Origin: an uncultured delta proteobacterium
Lineage (GTDB): Bacteria > Desulfobacterota > Binatia > DP-6
Assembly: GCA_963815115.1 (NCBI GenBank)
Contig: CAWFFN010000005.1
Coordinates: 1,440,001-1,504,000, forward strand
DNA length: 64,000 bases
Direction of reading: 5' to 3'
The position numbers and the translations under genes are program-made. Positions 19,047 to 30,766 of this stretch are shown here, one piece after another. A model generated the notes under the pieces. It worked only from the letters and a program-made list of their open reading frames with translations. It was not told the origin of the DNA and searched no databases. Numbering within the stretch: the first letter of the stretch is position 1; each line of letters opens with the position of its first letter.

Positions 19047-20132
19047 ATGAAGGGATCCGGCCTCCTCGCGATCGCCTGCCTGGGGCTGCTCGCCACGGGC
19101 TGTGGCGAGCGGCGGCCTTGCGGAGCCGCGCCGGGTGGCGCGTCGAAGTCTGCCGCCCTCGGGCTCCGTCGGGCGGCGGAGAGCGTCGCGGCCATGGAGG
19201 TCCTCGGCCTTCACTGGTCCGCCGATCCGCGGCGTTCGGACGTGCTGCTCCTCGGCTATCCGGACCTGGGGCTCACGCAGATCGCGGGCGCCGAGTCCGC
19301 ATGGCCGGACGACGCGACCGGCCTCCACCACACCTACGCCGAGGACTTCGACGGCGTCGGAGCGACGTGCAACGGCGAGCTCCACTATCTCCTCGAGGGC
19401 CGGCATGCGGAGCTCACGGCACGGATGCTTGCCGCCGATCTCGATGCCCTCCTCGATCTCACCCATCCGGTCGACGTCTACACACACGCCGACTTCGACG
19501 GCCACCCCGATCATGACGAGGTGTCCAGGCAGGTGGCGGCTGCGCTCGCGCGCAGCCGGCGCGGTGCCGTCCTGCACACCACGTTGATCCATCCGCAGGG
19601 CACGGCCGACTGCATGGCGCTGTCCGCTGCGGAGTGGCCCAACCCGCCCCTCGAAGACGACGATCCATTCGCGCGTTTCACTCCCGCGCTCGACGTCGCC
19701 GCGCCGCCGCTGCCGCCGTGCGCGATCCGTCCCGACGGGGCGGCCTGGGGTCCGCTCGGGCCGCCCGACGAGCTCGTGGAGGTCCCGTCGGAGATGCAGG
19801 CGGCGGAGCCCGGCGGCAACCTCAAGTGGCGCGCCATCGCGTGCTACACCTCGCAGGTCGATTGCACGCGGCAGGACGACGGCCACTACCGCGCCTCCTG
19901 CGGATACATGCGGGCGTTCGTCAAGCGCCACGAGTTCTTCTGGACGCGCCGCTTCGGCGACGCGGCAGCCCGCGACGCCGCGGGACCAGTCCTCGTGGTC
20001 GGCGCGCATCCCGACGACGAGGCGCTCGGCGCCGCGGGTGTCATCGTGCGGGCGCGGGCGGCGGGGCGCCGCGTCGTCGTCGCGATCATCACGAACGGCG
20101 AAGGGCGTGCCCGGGCCGCCGCTCCGCGCTGA
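19047..20132 (+). CDS. PIG-L/LmbE family deacetylase lipoprotein, circularly permuted
   Basis: Lipobox LATGC. RRAAESVAAMEVLG..LLGYPD..DGHPDH comes first, and VLVVGAHPDDEALG..IITNGE is at the C-terminus. Confidence 0.8.
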   Translation: MKGSGLLAIACLGLLATGCGERRPCGAAPGGASKSAALGLRRAAESVAAMEVLGLHWSADPRRSDVLLLGYPDLGLTQIAGAESAWPDDATGLHHTYAEDFDGVGATCNGELHYLLEGRHAELTARMLAADLDALLDLTHPVDVYTHADFDGHPDHDEVSRQVAAALARSRRGAVLHTTLIHPQGTADCMALSAAEWPNPPLEDDDPFARFTPALDVAAPPLPPCAIRPDGAAWGPLGPPDELVEVPSEMQAAEPGGNLKWRAIACYTSQVDCTRQDDGHYRASCGYMRAFVKRHEFFWTRRFGDAAARDAAGPVLVVGAHPDDEALGAAGVIVRARAAGRRVVVAIITNGEGRARAAAPR

Positions 20133-20135
20133 GCG

Positions 20136-21587
20136 TCACCACCCGCCGGAGAGCGCGTCGCGCGCCGTGGCGGCGAGCTCGCGCCAGCGTTCGCGCCCGA
20201 GGAGCCGCAACGCGGCGGCATAGACGAGGATGCCGGTGGCGACGAGAACCAGGAGCGCCGTGACGTTCGACGTCGCCACCGCGGGTCGGAGCGCATACAC
20301 GGAGGCCGCCATGAGGAGTGCAGCGCCCGTCGGCGGCGCGAGGCTGCCGGCAAGCTCTCGCACCGAGACGCCGAGAAGGCGGAATGCGGCTGCCAGCGCC
20401 ACCGTGCCCGAGACGACTGTCGCGAGCAGGAGGGCCGAGGCCGCGCCGACGGGCCCGTAGCCCGTGAGGAACCAGAGAGCGGCGGCAAGCGACGGCAGGT
20501 GCACGATGGCGAGACCCGGGATCCATCCCCGGCCGGCCCGCGGCCTTGAAGACGTCCCCCGTGGTCGCCACGAGCGCGTTCACGAGGCCGAAGATCGCGA
20601 AGATCTGGAGCGGCGCTACCATGCCGGCCCAGCGCGGTGGATAGAGCGCGGCGACCAGGACGGGGGCGATCACGAGCAGACCGAGCGATGCGGGCAGTGC
20701 GACGGTGCTGACGGTGCGCAGGACGCGGAGATACGCGGCCTGCAGGCGCGCCGGCTCGTCCCGCACCGCGACGTAGCTGGGAAAGGCCACCTGGTTCACG
20801 GTCGTCCCGAGTGCCTGCGATGGCAGGCGACCCCAGCGGAAGGCCGTCCCGTAGAGACCGAGGGCCTCGGCGCCGAGCCAGCGGCCCACGACGATGTTGT
20901 CGAGGTACGAGCCGAACAGGCCGAGAAGGTTCCCGGCCACCATGTGTCGCCCGAAGCGCGCCATCTCGCGGAACCGCACCCACGCGAAGCGCCCGAGCGG
21001 CTTCCACGGCGCGAGCCACCAGGCTGCCACACCCGTGACCGTTGCGCGTGCCAGTTGAGCGCCGACGAGGGACCAGTAACCCGCCCCGCGCAGCGCGAGG
21101 CCGATCCCGAAGAGCCCTCGGTCAGCGCCGCGGCGATGGCCACGGTGGCCTTCGTGCGGAAGGCGAGCTCCTTGGAGATGACGGCGAGCGGCGCGACGGC
21201 CAGGCCGTTGAGGACGAAGACGAGCGCCAGGACGCGCATGACCGGCACGACGTCCTGCCGCCCGAAGAGCGCGCCCGCCAGCGGCGCCGCGAGCACGGCC
21301 AGGGCGGCAACACCGAGCCCCGTGACCGGCGTGCTCCAGGCGATCGTGGCCGCCGACTCGCGCATCGCGTCCTTCCGCGCCACGAACGCCGGCAGGAGCC
21401 CAGAGTCGTGGAACGGGCCGACGAAGGCGAGCAGCAGGTTGGCCATCGCGACCAGTCCGAAGTCCTGCGGCGAGAGGACACGCGCGAGGAGCACGTTGCT
21501 CGCCATCGCGATCAGCTGCGTGGTACCGAAGGAGAAGGCGATCCACGCCGCGCCGCGGGCGGCGCGACGACCGAGCGCCGGGGTCAC
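20136..21587 (-). CDS. wzx: Wzx-type polysaccharide flippase (frameshifted)
   Basis: LLARVLSPQDFGLVAMA, LDNIVVGRWLGAEALGLY, VAFP, multiple TM helices. Confidence 0.85.
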
Positions 21588-21613
21588 GGATGCCGGAGCG
21601 GCCTCGCGCGATG

Positions 21614-22895
21614 CTAGACGAGTCGTTTGAATACGGCCTCCAGCTGCCCTGCCGTCGCATCCCAGGAGTGGCGCGAAGCCTCGGCACGGGCGCGGCCCGC
21701 CAGCGCCTGGCGCGCCGCCGGCGACGACAGGAGGGATGCGACGCATCGGCGAGCGCAGGATGATCTCCGGGCGGGACGAGGATGCCGGCGTCCCCGACGA
21801 GCTCGGGCGTTGCGCCGCTACGGGTCGCCACCACGGGAAGGTCCATGGCGAGTGCCTCGAGCACTGGAAGCCCGCACGGCTCGGGGGCGAGCGAGGGGGA
21901 CACGAAGACGTCTGCGGCGGCGAGCAGGCGCCTCACCTCCGCGGGCGCGAGGGCGCCGAGCAGTCGCACGTCGGCGCCGGCTGCCCCGCCCGCCACGCGC
22001 TCGGCGTACTTCGGCACCAGCGCTTCGAGCTCGCGCCAGCCGGCGGCGCGCGCGCGCCCGGGACGCTCGTAGGCACCGCCCAGTTGCCCCACCATCGCCA
22101 CGACGGGCCGCAGGCCGCGTTCGGCCAGCAGGGCCGCAGCCGCGGCCAGCACGTGCTGACCCTTCTCCGGTGCGACCCGCCCCACGACGAGGACGAGCGG
22201 CCGATCACGTGCATCGAGGCGCTCGCGCCACCATGCGACCTCGTCTCCTTCGGCCGCGGCGACGGCGGAGCGGCCCGGAAACGCCCTCAGGTCCACGCCG
22301 TTGCGCACGGTGAAGGTCCGCTCCGCGAGCCGCGGTTCCGCCGCGATGACGGCGTCGCGAACGTAGTCGCTCACGGTGGTGACCGCGTCGGCGCGAAGGA
22401 GACGCCGCGCGAGCCGCGGGTGATCGTCCACCCAGACCGCGTGCAGCAGTGTGACGAGCGCGGTCCCCCGGGCGAGCAGCCGTGCGGGCAGCAGGTTCGC
22501 GAACTCATGGGTCACCTGGATCGCCTGCACCCCGGCGCGCCGCAGCGTCTCGACCCCGCGCAGAAGGTGCCAGGGATGGTGGCGCCGAGCGGACCACCGG
22601 GTCCGTCCCAGCGGTACGAGGCGGCGGAGCACCGGGTCGAGCCGGTCGGGACGGCGACGACGTCGATGCCGTCGGCCGTGGTGGCGGTGGCTTCCGCGCA
22701 CGCCACCGTGACGGACGCGCCGCGGCGCCGCAGCGCCTGGGCGGTGTTCCAGACGACGGCGTCGAGCGAGGAGTAGGACGCGTCGGCGCTCGGCAGCCGC
22801 GACTTCCACGAGCCGAGGAGGCCGACACGGAGCGGAGCGGTTGCCTCCGGCACCGGCGCTCCCCGTGCCCCGACCTGATCCGACCCAGACGTCAT
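21614..22895 (-). CDS. GT4 glycosyltransferase (frameshifted)
   Basis: VRNGVD, VGRVAPEKG, ADVFVSPS..EPCGLPVLEALA, HSWD. Start overlaps the upstream stop (ATGA). Confidence 0.85.
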
Positions 22896-24244
22896 CGAGC
22901 CACACCCGCGGCTGACGCTCGTCGGCTGGGGTGCGTCCCGTCGCGCTCGGCCCGTTCCAGCGCACTCGCGACCACATCGGCCACGACCGCGTGACCCGCC
23001 GGATTCCAATGGCCGTCCTTGGGGAAGTAGAGACCGTCGTCCCGGCGAGCGCGCAAGATGGGCAGCAGGTTGACGAAGGGGACCTGCTCGGTGCGTGCGA
23101 ACGCCCGTAGCCGATCGGCGAACGTGGTGTCGGTGAGCGCGCGGTCGTCCCACGCGAAGCCGAGCGACTCGAGGTAGGGCCTGGCCGCTGCCGTCACCTG
23201 CTGCGCCGCGGGCGCGAAGACCAGCACGGGCCGCGCACCCGCGTCGCGCGCGAGCGTGACGATGCGAGCGAGGTCACGTGTGACGTCGTCCCACGCTGCG
23301 TCGTACCGCCGCGGTAGCAACGCCGCATCGGCGAAGAGCCGCGGCTGCACGAGCGCCATGACCCGGAGGTAGGGCTCCGTCGCGGCGTCGTCGTCGAGCG
23401 GAACGGTTCCCTCCAGGACGGGTCGGAGCGCGTTCAGCTGGCTGGCCGGCATGGTTGCGACGGCGTCCTGGACCGTCTCGCGCCGCCCGTAGCGGTCCGC
23501 CAGCGCCAGCAGAACGGCTTTGGCCGTGTCCTTGGCTGGAGATGGCGCAGCCGCGGTGGTGTCGGGATGGAGACCCTCGGCCTGTGCGTGCGCGGAGCCG
23601 GGGCGCAGGGCCTCCAGCCTGTTCCACACGAACGGGTAGAACGCCGGGAACAAGGCGCGGGGGATGCGCGTCCACGTGGGAGACGGTTCCAGCACTGCGC
23701 GGCGAGCATCCACGAGGACACGAGACGCGAACTGCACCCCGAATTCGCGCTGCACCCAGCGATCCTGGACGTCGTTCGCCATGACCGTCACGATCACCAT
23801 GTCGGGCTCGTACGCCAGCCCGGGATCCTGCAGGTGGCCCACGTAGTCCCGCGGATTCGCCCCCGGGACGCCGAGATTCACCACCTCGTGCCGTCCTCCG
23901 TCTCGCGCGTCGAGCACGGCCTCCAGGCGCCGAGGCCACGCGTCGTGCTCCGCGACGCCGTATCCCTGTGTGAAGGAATCGCCCAGCGCGATCACCCGCA
24001 GCACGCCTGGCGGCTTGGGCGACGGCAACCGGCGCTCGCGGAATCCGAGCGCATTCAGCCGCACGTCGACCGAGAACTCCGCGTGCTCGATACGCCGCTC
24101 CTCGTTCGGGTGGCCCCGTGCCGGGGTGTAGGTCAGGTCGAAGAACGCGATCGCTCGGTCGAGCACCGCCACGGTGAGCAGGATGCTCAGCAGCACGGCT
24201 GCGAACCGTACAGACACGGCCGCGACGCGTCCGGTGACGGTCAC
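22892..24244 (-). CDS. SGNH/GDSL-family protein (AlgX/AlgJ-like O-acetyltransferase or esterase)
   Basis: N-terminal TM helix, NALGFR, ALGDSFTQG, VVNLGVPG, ND, DGHWN. Confidence 0.85.
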   Translation of the reverse strand: MTVTGRVAAVSVRFAAVLLSILLTVAVLDRAIAFFDLTYTPARGHPNEERRIEHAEFSVDVRLNALGFRERRLPSPKPPGVLRVIALGDSFTQGYGVAEHDAWPRRLEAVLDARDGGRHEVVNLGVPGANPRDYVGHLQDPGLAYEPDMVIVTVMANDVQDRWVQREFGVQFASRVLVDARRAVLEPSPTWTRIPRALFPAFYPFVWNRLEALRPGSAHAQAEGLHPDTTAAAPSPAKDTAKAVLLALADRYGRRETVQDAVATMPASQLNALRPVLEGTVPLDDDAATEPYLRVMALVQPRLFADAALLPRRYDAAWDDVTRDLARIVTLARDAGARPVLVFAPAAQQVTAAARPYLESLGFAWDDRALTDTTFADRLRAFARTEQVPFVNLLPILRARRDDGLYFPKDGHWNPAGHAVVADVVASALERAERDGTHPSRRASAAGVAR

Positions 24245-24433
24245 GTCAGCGCCCTTGCTGGATCGGGTCCGCCATGCGCAGCCGTAGTCTCAGTCCAGAC
24301 ATGTGAACCCGCGCCGCCTGGGCCGAGGTCGCCAGCTGGACCACGATTGCGTGAGATGCGTTGACAACGTTCTCGGAGGGTCGCTTAGTGTTCGACGACG
24401 GCCAGGCCGTTCGGTTCGCCGCCTCGCCACCTG

Positions 24434-26111
24434 ATGGCCCAGATCATGTTCGGCGCCCGCACCATGCTCGCGCTCTCGCTGGCGATCGCCGTGCTCGGCG
24501 GCCCGTGGGCAGCACGGGCCGGCGGCGCATCGCCGGTCGCCGAGGGCGCCACCTACTTCTCTCGCCCACGGGGGACGACTCGAACCCAGGTACGACCCCC
24601 GATCGCCCCTGGCAGCACTTCGAGAAGGTGCTGAACGCCTCCAGGCCTCTGCGTGCCGGTGACACGGTCGTCCTCCTCGACGGCACCTACACGCGTCAAA
24701 CGACCGGGCTGCCCCACGTGGACTGCCGCACCGACGGGAACGCGCGGAACGGGACGCCGGGTCGGCCCATCATCGTACGCGCGCAGAACGAACGACGGGC
24801 CTTCCTCCAATCGGATGGCGACGCTCCAGGGTTCGCCATGGAAGGGTGCAGCTGGTGGCGCGTCGAGGGACTTCGGGCGGCGAGCCGGGACGCCGATGCG
24901 CCGCAGGCGGGTGGCTACCCGGTGCGTCTCTCCAAAGTCGATCACGTCACGCTGAAACGGCTGCTCGGTTCCCACAACAATCGGCGGCAGAACACGCACG
25001 TCTTCGCCGTCGAGGACAGCACGAACGTACTGCTCGAGGAGTGCGAAGCCTACTTCTTCCACCGCCACGCGTTCAGCATCTGGCGCTCGCGGTTCGTCAC
25101 GGTCCGGCGGTGCTATGCGAACTCGATGCGGTACGGGGAGCGTGGCTGCTGCAGCACGATCGACAATCGTGCGTATGGTGACGAGGCATTCTCGCTCTAC
25201 GGAACGTCGGACAGCATCGTCGAGAACAGTATCAGCGAGAACGAAGCGAACGGCTTCCAGATTCACGGCATCGCGAACCCCCTCGACCCGTCCGGGAGCG
25301 GGGGACGAGACAATCGGACCTGGGCAGCGTGTCCCTGGACGACTCCGTGCCCCTGCTCGTGTCCTCCCGGATGGTCGACGGCACGTACCGCAACGCCGGG
25401 GGGAACGAGATACGCGACTTCATCGCCGCGAGCATGAGCGGCGCTGGCATCTACCTGCGCGGAGCGACCGGAACGCTCGTCGAGCACGCGACGCTGTACG
25501 GCTCGGGTGGACCGGGTGGCCTCGTCGCCGACGGTGGCGATCCGGGGCTTGGCGGGTCGTGCGGTTCGAGCAATTCGGAGGGATGCAGTCTGATCGCTCG
25601 CTACGTGCTGTCGCTGGGCCACAAGCACGGCCACGGCTTCCTGGTGTCGGGGTACGAGAACTGGCTCATCGAGTGGTCGAACGCCTCGGGGAACCGGGTC
25701 GACTACGGGTCGCCGGAGCCCCTCGACGATGACGCCGGCCACATCAGGCGTTCCCGAACGGTCGACGCACCCGAGATGGGTCTGGGCGACGCGCAGTGTC
25801 TGATCCGGGTTCCCGAGAGCTCGACGCTGAAGAACGCTGCCAGCGGGGCGCACGACGTCGGCGCCACGATCCTCGATCGCTACACCGACGGAAAGCTCAC
25901 CCCGCAGGCCCTCTGGGACCCTGCCACCGGAGCTTTCCCGTGCGGCGCCGTGGTGGCGGGCATCAACGACGGCCCGATCCGGTGCACGAACGTCCACGAA
26001 CGCCTCCACGTCAATGCGCATGGCTGTCGTCCGCAAGCATCGGCTGCGAGCGAAGCCCCACCGGAAGCTGGTGACGATGCAGATGCCGGAGGATCGCGCG
26101 GTAGCCGGTGA
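24434..26111 (+). CDS. secreted right-handed beta-helix protein (pectin-lyase-like fold), frameshifted
   Basis: Signal peptide; Y.SPTGDDSNPGT..RPW, LRAGDTVVLLDGTY, PIIVRA and beta-helix-type repeats spread over three frames. Confidence 0.7.
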
Positions 26112-28010
26112 GCGCGCCGCGGAGGCCGCGGGCGGCCGGATCGCGCAGAATGAGTAGCATCGCACCGAGGGACGACCAGGCGTACACGATCCAGTCGACG
26201 GGACCGCGCGCCAGGTGTTCCCGGAAGAACAGGTAGCGATTGAACACCGCCATCGCTTGATGCTCGTCGCGCAGCGGCCGACCTCCTCCGGCGTGCCGAT
26301 GCTCCAGCCGAGCCTCCGGCGTGAGCACGAGCTTCCAGCGGCGAGACACCCGGTAGGAGAATTGAAGGTCCTCACCGAGCGCGTAGCCACCCAGTCGCTC
26401 GTCGAAGCTCAGGGCGTGAAGCACCTCGCGCCGGTACGCCATGTTGCAGCCGGAAAGGCATTCGACCTCCATCCTCGAGCGCGGGGAGAACACGTAGTCG
26501 GGACGTCCCGACCGTTTCACGACACCGCGGCCGTAGGTGTCGAGGAGGAAGAGCCGGCACGCCGTCCGTCGGAGAAACCCTTCACGCGGGGTCGGATCCG
26601 GAACCTGCGCCCCGCCCGCTCCGCCGATCTGTCCGGTGCGATCCTCCTCGAACGTGCGTGCAACCGCTGCCAGGTACGCCGGCTCCAGGATGACGTCGTC
26701 GTCGAGATAGACGAGAACCGAGCCGGTCGTGGTACGCGTCCCGAGATTCCGTTGGCGAGGGAGCCCGGGTAGCGAGCCGATCAGCGCGACCCGGCAGCCC
26801 GGCATGCCTCCGGCGAGGCGGTCGGCCGCGTCCCGGGCCGGCGTCGCGCTGGCATCCACGATCACGATTTCCTCTGGACGCCGGGTCTGGGACCGAAGTG
26901 ACGCGAGACACGCGGCCAGTAGCTCGGGGCGGTCCTTGGTGCAGATGACGATGGAGAGGGTGACGGGGCGGGGGCTGGTGCCGGACTCGCCGGCCGTTTG
27001 AGCCAGGTTGTTCGGGGGCCCGACCGCGTCTCCGATTGCCCCCCGCAGCAGACCGAGGCCGTACGCGAGGTGCATGCCGGCCACGGCGCCCGGCAGCAGC
27101 AGCCGCTCCCGCCAGCGCGCGCCCCGTGCGGCGCACGAGGCCCCGACGAGGACGGCGCCCACGCGCCCGCGAGCAGCGCCAGCGCGGCGTGCGCCGCCGG
27201 GACGACGGTACCGGCCACCGCGAGCCCCGCGAACGCGACGACGAGCGCACTCGGCGCGAGGTGGCGCGGCGCCAAGAAGTCGGGGTGCTTGCGCAACACG
27301 CGCATCCTGCCGCGGCCGTAGTTCCAGTACTGCCTCCACAGGCCCGCGAGCGATGCGCGCGGACGGTAGAGCTGGCGCAGCGCTGGGCACAGCATCACCT
27401 GGAAGCCACGGCGCCCCAGGCGCCAGTTGAGCTCCTCGTCCTCGCCATACGCCATGGCGGGGTCGAATCCACCGACGGACAGGAGCGCCTCGCGCCGGTA
27501 TGCGCCGCACTGCACGGTGCGGACTGGATGGTCATGTGGAAGACGGTCCGCGCCGTAGCCGCCCCCCACGCCGAGGCGTGAGGAGCGCGCGAGACCGGCC
27601 ACGCGCTCGCGCAGCGTCTCACCGACGGGCAGGAACGCCCCACCCACGGCGGCCGCCTCGGGATGGCGGTTGAGGGCCGCCACGACCTCGGCGACGTAGC
27701 CTCGATCGAGATGGCTGTGTGCGTCGACGCGCGCGACGATCTCTCCGCGCGCGGCCCGAACTCCGGCGTTCATGGCCTCGGCGTGGTTGACCGCCTGGGA
27801 GAGGAGCACGTCGACGCGGGGGTCGCGCGCCGCCCACGCCTCGGCGACTGCGCGCGTGCGGTCGCGCGACCCGTTCTCCACCACGACGACCTGCAGCCGG
27901 TCGCGGGGCCAGCGCTGTGCCGTGATCGAGGCGAGGCAGAGGTCGAGGGATCGCTCCTCGTCCCGAGCCGGCACCACCACGGACACGAACGGCTGCTGCT
28001 CGGCGTTCAT
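26011..28010 (-). CDS. tandem GT2-GT2 glycosyltransferase (ExoA-like domain followed by a second GT2), frameshift near 27170
   Basis: VSVVVPARDEE..RVDAH..GEDEELNWR, then HLAYGLG reads with no stop into LSIVICTKDRP..YLDDD..GEDLQFSYR. Confidence 0.8.
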
Positions 28011-28710
28011 CGAGGGCGCTCCAGCAGCGCCGCCCAGTGTGTCCGCAGCGGCGGGAGGCGGCGAGCACGGGATAGAGCAGCGGCGTGAGAGAATGAAGGT
28101 GGCGGGCGAGTGGCGGCAGCAACGTGACCAGCCGGAAGGTTCCAGGCCACCCGGGAAACAGCCCGCGGACGGACCGTCGCGACATCGCCCGCACGTGCGG
28201 GTTCCGCGGGTTGCCGACGCGGAAATCGTACCAGAGGAGCGCGCCGCCCGGTCGGAGCACGCGTCGCACTTCGCCCGCTGCCTGCCGTGCGACCCCGTCG
28301 TCGAGGACCGAGGTGAACAGCGTGAAGCAGAGCGCGAGATCGAAGCTGGCGTCGCGGTAGGGGAGGGCCGTGGCATCGGCGACGTCGAAGGCGAGCTCGG
28401 GCCAGCGAGCATGCGCGCGCACGACGGCGTCGGTCCGGACGTCGATGCCAATGAGGCGAGCGGGCAGGGCGCCCCAGCGAACGAGGCCGGCCAGCACCTC
28501 GCCGTCCCCGCAGCCGAGGTCGAGCACGCGTCGGCTGCCGAGCGGCAGGCGCCCGGACCCCTCGAGCAACCCGGCGAGTACGCGTGTGCGCTCGTCCGCC
28601 ATGGCGCGATTGCCGGGATGGTTCGCCGCCCACTCCCGCGCGCCGCGCCCACGCTCCGCGTACCCGCGGTAGACGCGCCGCACCCGGGCGATCTCGTTTG
28701 CCACAGCCAT
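28007..28710 (-). CDS. class I SAM-dependent methyltransferase
   Basis: RVLDLGCGDG, LPYRDASFD, RVLRPGG. The 3' end is frameshifted. Confidence 0.85.
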
Positions 28711-30766
28711 CACGCCACCGCCGCGGGTGTACCCGTCGGGTCGAGTCCGCTCGCATCCTCGGTCCACCCGAGTGCCGTCCGGGCGTGCGTGCAGTCGAAT
28801 CGGAGCCGCGCGCCGGCGGCGCGCATGCGGTAGGGTGTGATCGGCGACTCGCGTCCCAGGAGGCGAGCGAGTGCCGCGGCCGCGACGGCGCCGGCGCGCA
28901 CGAGAGGTTCGGGAATGCGCCGCACGCGAAGGCGACGGTCGCGCGCAAGGCGGGTCGCGAGCGTGCCCGCCGTCGTCGTCTGGTCGCTCACCACGTGGAG
29001 CACCGTGCCGGGCTCGAGCGCCGGAACGGAGCCGGCGCGGACGATCAGCTCGGCCGCGTCGTGCACCGAGATCAGCGGCGGGGCACCGGCGGGGTCTCCG
29101 AAGAACACGAGCTGCCGTCCGATCACGACGGCGTTGAGCGCGTCGATCCCGGGTCCGTCCGGGCCGACGAGGATCCCCGGGCGGACGATCACGGCGCGCA
29201 GCCCCCGTTCCCGCACCGCGTCGAGCACGAGCCGCTCGGCGAGCAGCTTGGCCCGCGTGTAGGCTCCACGCGCTTCGGGTCTCGGCTCGAGCGGCGCCTC
29301 CTCGGTGACGAGCGCATCATCGAGCGCGCCCCAGTCGAGGACGGAGAGCGAGCTCACGTGGACCAGCCGCGCGACGCGGTGCCGCAGGACACTGTCGACC
29401 ACGTGCTGCGCTCCCGCCACCGTGCCGCGTGCATGCTCCGCCCACGGTCCGTGCAGCGCGGCGCCGGCATGATAGACCGCCCGCACGCCCGCCACGGCGG
29501 CGTCGACTGCGACCGCGTCCCCGAGGTCGCCGAGGACGATGTCCACTCGGGGGTGGCGGAGCGGCCCGTCCGTGGGCGGCCGGCGGCAGAGGGCACGCAC
29601 GCGCTGGCCGCGCGCCACGAGCTGCTCCACGAGCTGGCGGCCGAGCCGGCCGGTCGCGCCGGTCACCAGCGCGTCGGCGCCGGCACGAGGACGTCGTGCC
29701 TGCTCGCGCAGCCGCTTGGCCGCGTCGGCGAGCCGGGCTGCCTCCTCGACCCAGCGCACCACGCGACGGCCGTCCTCGAGCGATGCGGGCATCGGCGTGC
29801 CGTCGGCCAGCGCGACGTAGAACCGTTCCACGGCGTGCCGCAGCCCCGCATACGGCCGCAGCCTCCCCGACACCCAGCGCAAGCCGTTCGCGGGTACCGA
29901 GCGCAGTGCGGGCCAGCCCTCGCGGAGGGCCCCGGCGGCACGGTCGAGCGCGTGGGGCAGGCCGCTGGCGCGCCGGACGGTCGCGAACATCGATCCCACG
30001 TCGGCACGCAGCGTGCCTCCGGTCGCGTGCACCGTGAAGACGGTCTGCAAGGGCCGGACGCTCCAGGATAGCCGCACGTGTCCGACCCCGCGCTCGCAGA
30101 GCACCACCACGTGCCACTCGTCGAAGCACAGGTTCGGGTCGCCGCCTCGTGACACGAAGACGGGCTCCACGCCCTCGATCTCGCCGAGCACTGCACGCAG
30201 CAGGTAGAGCCCGTGCACACCGAGGTCGCGGAACGGGTTGCCACCGTCGCGGTAGTGTTCGGGCGGCGGGCCCTCCTGCCACGACGGATAGGCCGCGCTG
30301 CAGAAGTACTCGGCGCTCACGGCTGCCCGACGCGACCGGCGGCGACGGCGTCGAGCACGTGGCGCACCTGCGGATCGGCGAGCAGCGAGTGATTCACGCC
30401 GACGCGACGACCGCGCAGCGAGGCGACCTGGGCGAGGTGCATGCAGTCGGCCTCACTGGTCGCGAGCGGCTTCTCGACCAGCACGTGGCAGTCGCGCTCG
30501 AGGGCCTCGAGCGCGACCTGCGCGTGCGTGTGGGGCGGGGTGAGGACGTGGACCACGTCGATGCCGGCGGCGACCATGGATTCGAGGTCTGGAAAGACGC
30601 GGACGCCGCGGGCACGGGCCGCGAAGTCGCGCGCCCGCGCCGCGTCGCGGTCGGTGACGCCCACCAGCACGGCGCCGGGGAACCGCGTCAGGGCGTCGAG
30701 GTGTACTCTGGCGATCGCGCCGGTGCCGACGAAGCCGACGCGGAACGGTCTCGGTGGCTGCCTCAT
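28710..30766 (-). CDS. Gfo/Idh/MocA oxidoreductase fused to NAD-dependent epimerase/dehydratase (frameshift near 30320)
   Basis: VGFVGTGAIA, VLVEKP, DLGVH, then in frame LVTGATGRLG, SSLSV, YTRAK, VRPG. Confidence 0.85.

Noticed and set aside
24361-24391. TTGACA...TAGTGT sigma70 promoter for the beta-helix gene
   Set aside because: The 19-bp spacer and weak -10 are not enough support to call it.
26011-26111. 100-bp convergent overlap between the beta-helix gene and the GT2 gene
   Set aside because: Both tails are low-complexity. Stop-poor GC-rich DNA or an indel explains the overlap.
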